Virus record (IMG/VR): IMGVR_UViG_3300021082_000020
Location: 30,959-94,958 of that record
Source: a virus
Lineage: Duplodnaviria > Caudoviricetes
Direction: 5' to 3' (one strand)
DNA: 64,000 nt
Under the pieces are notes generated by a model. The model made no database searches. It saw only the letters and a list, made by a program, of their open reading frames with translations, and was not told the origin of the DNA. The first letter of the stretch is position 1. Every line of letters starts with the position of its first letter. Of this stretch, positions 58,477-64,000 are shown piece by piece. The position numbers and the translations under genes are program-made.

Positions 58477-58827
58477 CTACACCTGTCCCTCGGTTGTCAT
58501 ACTGCCGTTGCCGGATGACCGCGGTTTCGGCTGGCTTAATTGATCGGTCCACATCGATGGCGCGGTGAGTGACTGCGCCATTTTTGATCCGGTGCTGCTG
58601 TCCGGTGTGGTGCTAATGCTGCCGGAGGTTGACTGCTCTGGCGCGGCGGGTTCTGGCGTCGGCGCGGGTGCGGCGGAAGCTTGTGTTCCCGCGGGCGCGG
58701 GCGCCTGCTCTGACGCAGCTGCAGCTGGTTGCTCGGCATCCCAACCCCACCCGGCCGACCGTGCCACTGGCCCCCAGGTGACCGCGGATCCGCCAGGTGG
58801 TGCGCCGCCTTTACCCTTGCCACCCAT
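58477..58827 (-). CDS. Additional MGGKG paralog array member, copy 2 only
   Basis: MGGKGKGG start overlapping GNAT stop; STG..MA.SL.AP..W tail. Confidence 0.75.
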   Translation of the reverse strand: MGGKGKGGAPPGGSAVTWGPVARSAGWGWDAEQPAAAASEQAPAPAGTQASAAPAPTPEPAAPEQSTSGSISTTPDSSTGSKMAQSLTAPSMWTDQLSQPKPRSSGNGSMTTEGQV

Positions 58828-59345
58828 TACAATACCACCGTGAAAATCATGCCGACCGGCTCGCCACCGAAGTGCCGGCCGATCATGTTCATCAACGAGT
58901 TCTGCGCCGGCATGCCTGAGCAGATCGGGAAGTTGATCACCTTGCAGCCGTCGCGGCGGGCTAAGGTTATGACCATGTCGACCAGGCGGCGACCGAGGTC
59001 GGTGCGCTGATACTTCGGGATGGTGTAGGTCTCGTCCATCACGCCCATCGGTTCGGAGAACACTTCGAACACGTGGTAGCTGCAAACGCCGACCAGTTTG
59101 TTGTTGTCCAGCGTATCCAGCGCGATGACGTACATGGCGAACTGGGTGCCGACCGCGTTCGCCAGGTAGCGTTCGGTTTTCTCGCGGTGATACTTCAAAT
59201 GCTTGGCCCAGCCTGACAGATGGAAAAACTCGCCGAGGAAGTCGGCAAGCATTGGAGCATCGGCCGCTTCCGCCATGCGGACGTTAATGTGCGGGGTACG
59301 CACCGACCGCTTTGATTTCGGTAGTTTGATAACCGGAATATTCAT
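58827..59345 (-). CDS. GNAT N-acetyltransferase (copy 2)
   Basis: Homology to 11919..12437. Confidence 0.8.
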   Translation of the reverse strand: MNIPVIKLPKSKRSVRTPHINVRMAEAADAPMLADFLGEFFHLSGWAKHLKYHREKTERYLANAVGTQFAMYVIALDTLDNNKLVGVCSYHVFEVFSEPMGVMDETYTIPKYQRTDLGRRLVDMVITLARRDGCKVINFPICSGMPAQNSLMNMIGRHFGGEPVGMIFTVVL

Positions 59346-59802
59346 CAGCTAGCCACCTGTATGAAACGAAGTCCTCGCCGTCGACGCCGTAGCCGTTCAG
59401 CACGCCTTCGGCCTTGGCGCCAATCAAACCCATAAATCTGCGGACATCGTCGCGTCGTCGTAGCGCCACCGCTTCGACCCGGTGGATATTCAGCTCGACC
59501 AACAGCGGCAGCACAAACCCCCGTATCTGCCGCACCATTGGTAGCACGGCGCGGCCCCAGTCGGCAGTGCCGAAAGCAAATCCTGCGGCCACGCCGTGGC
59601 GTTGCTGCGCGGCACCCCAGATCGAGATCGGGCCGCAGTCGAAGTCCCAGGCGCAGAACGCAAACAAGCCGCGCCGGGTGATGTGACCAGCCAATTGGCT
59701 GAGGTCGGCGCCGGCTGCCTGCATTTCTTCTCGGTCGGCGCTACGCAGATTGGTGAGCACCGCTTGAACCATGCCGCGGTCGGCGATGGCGATCTCGATC
59801 AT
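59284..59802 (-). CDS. GNAT-fold gp13-like protein (copy 2)
   Basis: Homology to 12376..12894. Confidence 0.6.
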   Translation of the reverse strand: MIEIAIADRGMVQAVLTNLRSADREEMQAAGADLSQLAGHITRRGLFAFCAWDFDCGPISIWGAAQQRHGVAAGFAFGTADWGRAVLPMVRQIRGFVLPLLVELNIHRVEAVALRRRDDVRRFMGLIGAKAEGVLNGYGVDGEDFVSYRWLADEYSGYQTTEIKAVGAYPAH

Positions 59803-61235
59803 CCGGTCTCTCCACCGATGTAGTGGACGATCAGATTGGACAGCACCTGCGGGCCGAGATCCTGCGAGCGCAGCCGCAGCGACATGTGGGTGGTATGGCC
59901 GTGCAACTCGATTTTGCCTTGCGCGAATGACGGTCCGTTGAACTCGCCGATGAAGTCTTCGACCTCCGGCGATTCGACGTTGAACGCAGCTGACACCTGC
60001 CACGGCACCCCATAGCAGGTGGCGTCGATGGCGCTGAACGATTTGAAGGTCGCCACCCCCTCGCCGGCGTGAAACGGAAAGATCAGCTCGACCGGGCAGT
60101 CGTCATAGACCGGGCCGAGATCGGAGGTGCCGCCATAGGCATAGACGGTGTTGTTGTCGTCGCGCACCACCACCCGGTTCTGGTGGATGCAGGCGGCAGT
60201 GATCACGAAGCCGGCGTCGTACTCCGACCAGGCTGTGATCTTCGGTCCCGGAAACGCCGACAACACGTAGATCTTCGAGCTCATCGGCGATTCTTCGTCG
60301 ACCTGCGAGCCAGCCATAATGATCCAAAACCGGCCGGTTACCGGCTGCAACAGCGCGATCGTGCCGCTCATCCAGTCCGGCCCCATGGCGCGGAATAGAT
60401 CCTGCATTAACGGATCCAGCGGACTGCCGATGTCGGATACGGCTGCAGCCAAAGATGAGTTACGAGCTCGCAGCGAGCGCACACCGGACTGCGACATGTA
60501 CATCACGTCGCCGGAGCCGTACTGCATCACGGAACGCCACGCCGTTGTGCCGGCCTGGCGCAGGGTCTGCACGTACTGGTTCTTGGTGAAGTCGGGGTCC
60601 ATGATCCACAACTGCACCGCGGTCGAGGAGAAGATCGCCAGCTTGTCGTAGTAGACCTCGAGCGCCACCGAATCGGTCATGTCGCTGTCGCCCATCGACA
60701 GGTCGATGAAGTTGGTCGGGTTGGGCGGCGCCATGCCTGACCAGTCGCCGGCGTTACCGATCGCCGAGAAATACAAGATGCTGTGTTCGACCGTGTACAT
60801 CTTGTTCTTGTAAGTTCGGCAGTAGAAGCCGCGGGCGAGCGGCAGGTCGATGCCGTCGTAGTAGCGGCCGATATTGCCGGCGGCGTCCTTCCACAGGATG
60901 GTGAAGACTTTGTTGTCGAACAGATCGTAGTCGACGATCTCGTAGATGGTTGTGGTCTGCTGCCCGAGCACGCCGATCGACCAGACGCCGGATGGCGGCT
61001 CGACCTTGTAGGGGCCGTTCGGGCCGAAGGTGTAGAGCTTCTGGTTGACCTCGACCAACCCCCTGCTGGCCGCGTCGACCGTCCAGAACGGCACAAACGC
61101 CATGCGCTTTTCGATCTCGCCGCCGGGCGTGACATGACAGTTGGTCATGCGCCGCAGCGTGCCAGCCGGCGCGGTCAGCTCAGAGCGCCGTAGATCCAAC
61201 CCGGCTGCGAAGTCGGTGATTGTGAAATACGGCAA
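59799..61235 (-). CDS. Tail nozzle/stabilisation protein (copy 2)
   Basis: Homology to 12891..14327. Confidence 0.7.
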   Translation of the reverse strand: MPYFTITDFAAGLDLRRSELTAPAGTLRRMTNCHVTPGGEIEKRMAFVPFWTVDAASRGLVEVNQKLYTFGPNGPYKVEPPSGVWSIGVLGQQTTTIYEIVDYDLFDNKVFTILWKDAAGNIGRYYDGIDLPLARGFYCRTYKNKMYTVEHSILYFSAIGNAGDWSGMAPPNPTNFIDLSMGDSDMTDSVALEVYYDKLAIFSSTAVQLWIMDPDFTKNQYVQTLRQAGTTAWRSVMQYGSGDVMYMSQSGVRSLRARNSSLAAAVSDIGSPLDPLMQDLFRAMGPDWMSGTIALLQPVTGRFWIIMAGSQVDEESPMSSKIYVLSAFPGPKITAWSEYDAGFVITAACIHQNRVVVRDDNNTVYAYGGTSDLGPVYDDCPVELIFPFHAGEGVATFKSFSAIDATCYGVPWQVSAAFNVESPEVEDFIGEFNGPSFAQGKIELHGHTTHMSLRLRSQDLGPQVLSNLIVHYIGGETG

Positions 61236-61247
61236 CTACTCCCTCCA

Positions 61248-62045
61248 TCAGTTCGGGACGTAGTCGAGGTAGCGGGTGTGGCGCATACTCTTGTCGGGGT
61301 CGAAGCCGCCGCGCTGATTGCCACCCATGTTGTAATTGGTGCGCTTGTCGGCGCCCTGGTCGGCGAGTATCCGCCGCAAGTAATTCTGCGCCTTGGTCAG
61401 CTTCATCGGCGCCGCTTCGCTTTTCTGTGTGGCGAGCATCTCAGCTGCGGCAAACAGCACGATCGCTTTGCTGTCGATAATGCAGCTGTCGGTCGGCGCA
61501 ATGAGTGGCGAGATCGGTGCCATGCCTTCGAACCGCAGCACGTAGCTTTGTTGCGGATTGGTGGTGTTATCTTCCGGCACCGGCAGCACCTGGAACTGGC
61601 CGATCGGGTTGGTGATCGGCGCCGGCCCGGCAATATTGACCGTTACTACGTTGCCCCAGCGCGTCGGCTTGCCATAGCTCACGGGGCCTAAGTGAACCAT
61701 GTGCGCCTTGATGCCGTAGGTCAGTGGCTGCCAGGAGGTGGCCGCAGTGATCTTCTGCGGATCCATAACGTCGGACTTGGTCACCTGCGCGATGTAGACC
61801 TGGACGATCTGATCGAACAGCATCTCCTTTGGGTAGGAGTAGACCGCCTGCGTGCCGATCAGCGGCAGGTCGGTCCAGATCTTGAGGTGCTGCCAATTGT
61901 AGGCATCCCAGAGCTCACGCTGCTGGCGCGCTAACAGGACGTCGATCGTGTCCTGCGCCTGCACACCTTGTGCAGGATTGAGCGACGTGCCGGTCTCGGC
62001 CCGCAGCTCGCGGCGCAGTTCCAGCAGCGTTACTCCAAGCGGCAC
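61248..62045 (-). CDS. Head-tail adaptor (copy 2, shorter form)
   Basis: Homology to 14340..15287. Confidence 0.65.
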   Translation of the reverse strand: MPLGVTLLELRRELRAETGTSLNPAQGVQAQDTIDVLLARQQRELWDAYNWQHLKIWTDLPLIGTQAVYSYPKEMLFDQIVQVYIAQVTKSDVMDPQKITAATSWQPLTYGIKAHMVHLGPVSYGKPTRWGNVVTVNIAGPAPITNPIGQFQVLPVPEDNTTNPQQSYVLRFEGMAPISPLIAPTDSCIIDSKAIVLFAAAEMLATQKSEAAPMKLTKAQNYLRRILADQGADKRTNYNMGGNQRGGFDPDKSMRHTRYLDYVPN

Positions 62046-62530
62046 TAGCCGGCTTCCTTATGCTCCGATGGCGGGGGTGGCGTGCGCCGGCCGCGCGGCC
62101 GGAAGATCGGCTCGAGGCTGGCCTGCGCCTTGGCGACTTCGTCTTCACCGTCGTCATCTTCCTCGTCGTCACCGTTGCCGTTGGTGATGGCCGGCGGTGC
62201 GGATTCCTTGGTGGAGATCTGGCCGCCTTCGTAGCGCGGCAGATTGACCTCGTCGGTCATCATGTAGTCCATGCGGAAGGCCCGCCCCGGGAAGCACCGC
62301 TCAACCACCTCGCGACCGTAGATCCCCATCAATCGGTTCTTCTCCTCGGTCGGCCAGGTCTCGCCGATGCCGATCGGCATGATGTCCATGACGTTCTCGT
62401 CGCCGTGCAATGTCTGCAACACCTGGATCTCCGGCCAGGTCACGGCGTTGTGTGCGCCATAGATCACCGTGTGACAGTTCTGCCCGGCGAGATTGATCTT
62501 GCAGGCGCAGTATTGGATTTGCTTGCTCAT
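62045..62530 (-). CDS. Structural-module hypothetical protein (copy 2)
   Basis: Homology to 15287..15763; start MSKQIQ. Confidence 0.8.
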   Translation of the reverse strand: MSKQIQYCACKINLAGQNCHTVIYGAHNAVTWPEIQVLQTLHGDENVMDIMPIGIGETWPTEEKNRLMGIYGREVVERCFPGRAFRMDYMMTDEVNLPRYEGGQISTKESAPPAITNGNGDDEEDDDGEDEVAKAQASLEPIFRPRGRRTPPPPSEHKEAG

Positions 62531-62751
62531 TTTGGCTCCGGTGTCGTTGCCGCTTTCACAGCCCACATCGCGGCGTTTTCGTAGTGCGTCATCGCCAGCG
62601 AATATAAACGGCCCTTCTCCGGGTCGTCGTGCTTGTCATTCTCGACGTTGCACAGATCGATCAGATCCGCGGTATACCGCTTGATCTTGTCGACCAGACC
62701 TTCACCGCTCGGGTTGAAACTCTCCCGCACGCGCTCGGAGCCAAGGCTCAT
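62527..62751 (-). CDS. Tad1/Acb2-like helical-hairpin small protein, copy 2 only
   Basis: RLYSLAMTHYENAAMWAVKA resembles the Tad1 C-terminal helix motif (recalled, not searched). Confidence 0.55.
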   Translation of the reverse strand: MSLGSERVRESFNPSGEGLVDKIKRYTADLIDLCNVENDKHDDPEKGRLYSLAMTHYENAAMWAVKAATTPEPK

Positions 62752-62770
62752 TCAGAATCCCCCATTGATG

Positions 62771-62813
62771 AAAAACCGGGAGTGCTAAGAGTGTCCGCTC
62801 CCCGCACTCCCGG
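62771..62813 (-). terminator. Terminator after MCP (copy 2)
   Basis: CCGGGAGTGC/GCACTCCCGG stem plus U5. Confidence 0.75.
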
Positions 62814-62824
62814 CCGCGCTGCGA

Positions 62825-63943
62825 TCAGACAATGTCCATAACGACAGCGCCGTTGAGGCGCCGCGCACAGAGTTGCCCGGTCGAAGTGAGGCTCCGGTAG
62901 ATCACGTACTTATCGGGTGCGCGATCCGGTGAGTGCTGGTGGCGCCACTCGTCTTGCATGGCGACCAGGTAGATGTCGCGGCTGTCATACCAATAACACC
63001 GCTTGCTCTTGCCGAGCTGATCCAGCGTCGGATCATATTCAAAGTCCGTTCCGGCATAAGAAATTTGCCCGACCGAAACGTCTTTGGCTCCCGAGAAGCC
63101 CTGCATGCTGTAGTTGCCGTTAGCGCGCAGTTCCGCCTCGAGTGCGCCGAGCCAGTCGGAGCCGCAGAAGCCGGTGTTCGGCTTGGCGCCGTACCGGGTC
63201 AACTGGCGATACTCTTTCTGGAGCAGCGTGATCAACGCGCCGCCGTTGGCCGCCGACGAGGTGATCGGACCACCACCCCAGGCCGACAGCGCCGGCGTGG
63301 TGCCGACCGCCGTACCCATGGCAGTAGTGAACGCCCGGTTCCGCCACCAAGTCTTCTGGGCGCGGTTGATGCCGGCGACGATACCCGTCGACGGATCGTC
63401 GGTGATCAACGCCGCCATGCCGGCTAAGGCTTTCGCATCAGTGGCGCCATTGGTCCACAGCAGGTTGTTCATGCAGCGGGCGTATTGCTCGCTGACATCC
63501 TGCAATGCGTCCTGCAACAGTCCGACCAGGACGGTGTCGTCGCGGCCGGAGTGCTCGTTGACGTCATCCATGTTGCCGGAGTCGGAGACGCTGATGCCGT
63601 CGGTCTTCAGCTCACTGTGCGTGAGCATGATACCGATGTGCATTTCCTTCCACGGAAACACAGCCTGGGTCAGGTTGGCGGGGGTGTAGTAGGTGACCGC
63701 GTCGTCGAGCTGGTAGCCCTTGAGTTGGTCGTCAGTGCCGGGCGCGGCAGTGTTGCCGAAATCTCCCTTCACGCTGATCACAATATTCCCCTTACCCCCG
63801 GGGAAGGTCTTCTTCTTGCTCTCCATTGCGGCGAGCAGCGGCTTCTCCTGGATTGCCTCTTGGAAGGCGGTCCCTTTATTCATCCAGTAGTCCAACGCCG
63901 CCGTAGTGATGTGGGCGAGCAGTGGCGCAGAATAGGTAGGCAT
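62825..63943 (-). CDS. Major capsid protein (copy 2)
   Basis: About 97% aa identity to 15835..16953 by manual count. Confidence 0.85.
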   Translation of the reverse strand: MPTYSAPLLAHITTAALDYWMNKGTAFQEAIQEKPLLAAMESKKKTFPGGKGNIVISVKGDFGNTAAPGTDDQLKGYQLDDAVTYYTPANLTQAVFPWKEMHIGIMLTHSELKTDGISVSDSGNMDDVNEHSGRDDTVLVGLLQDALQDVSEQYARCMNNLLWTNGATDAKALAGMAALITDDPSTGIVAGINRAQKTWWRNRAFTTAMGTAVGTTPALSAWGGGPITSSAANGGALITLLQKEYRQLTRYGAKPNTGFCGSDWLGALEAELRANGNYSMQGFSGAKDVSVGQISYAGTDFEYDPTLDQLGKSKRCYWYDSRDIYLVAMQDEWRHQHSPDRAPDKYVIYRSLTSTGQLCARRLNGAVVMDIV

Positions 63944-63959
63944 TTAAGCACCTCTGGAA

Positions 63960-64000
63960 TTAGAGGCGCGGCGCTCCCTCGCGAGCAAATCTGACTGCTT
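63960..64000 (-). CDS. 3' end of scaffolding gene (copy 2, truncated by window edge)
   Basis: Identical to 16970-17010. Confidence 0.75.
   Translation of the reverse strand, partial: AVRFAREGAPRL

Overview
High-GC tailed-phage sequence, podovirus-like, with an APSE-type replication module; the host is probably alphaproteobacterial (inferred from the VPLPA-type sorting tail and GC content). It is present as a head-to-tail tandem of two related but clearly diverged genomes. Positions 1-~17,010 recur at ~46,430-64,000 (offset 46,429 at the left end, rising to 46,990 at the capsid gene). One unit is ~46.4-47 kb. Its parts are: Cro-like switch, a PEP-CTERM/VPLPA-CTERM surface-protein gene, internal virion/ejection proteins, two GNAT-like genes, nozzle/adaptor, MCP, scaffold, portal, TerL, small membrane genes, tail fibre/LamG module, candidate packaging region, early operon (gp88-like), candidate ori, split primase/helicase, VRR-NUC, Cas4-like nuclease, SSB, PolA, SNF2 helicase and an MTase-like gene. 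No integrase, CI repressor, stand-alone endolysin, RT, tRNA, CRISPR or host genes were recognised. Comparing the two copies shows (i) a swapped passenger domain in the exosortase-substrate protein, (ii) a variable-number array of paralogous small proteins behind two GNATs, (iii) hydrolase domain swaps in a virion protein, (iv) copy-2-only Tad1/Acb2-like and DUF551-like genes, and (v) conserved operators and co-varying hairpins. Whether the tandem is biological or an assembly/ligation chimera cannot be decided from the sequence alone. All family assignments are from motif recognition, not database searches.
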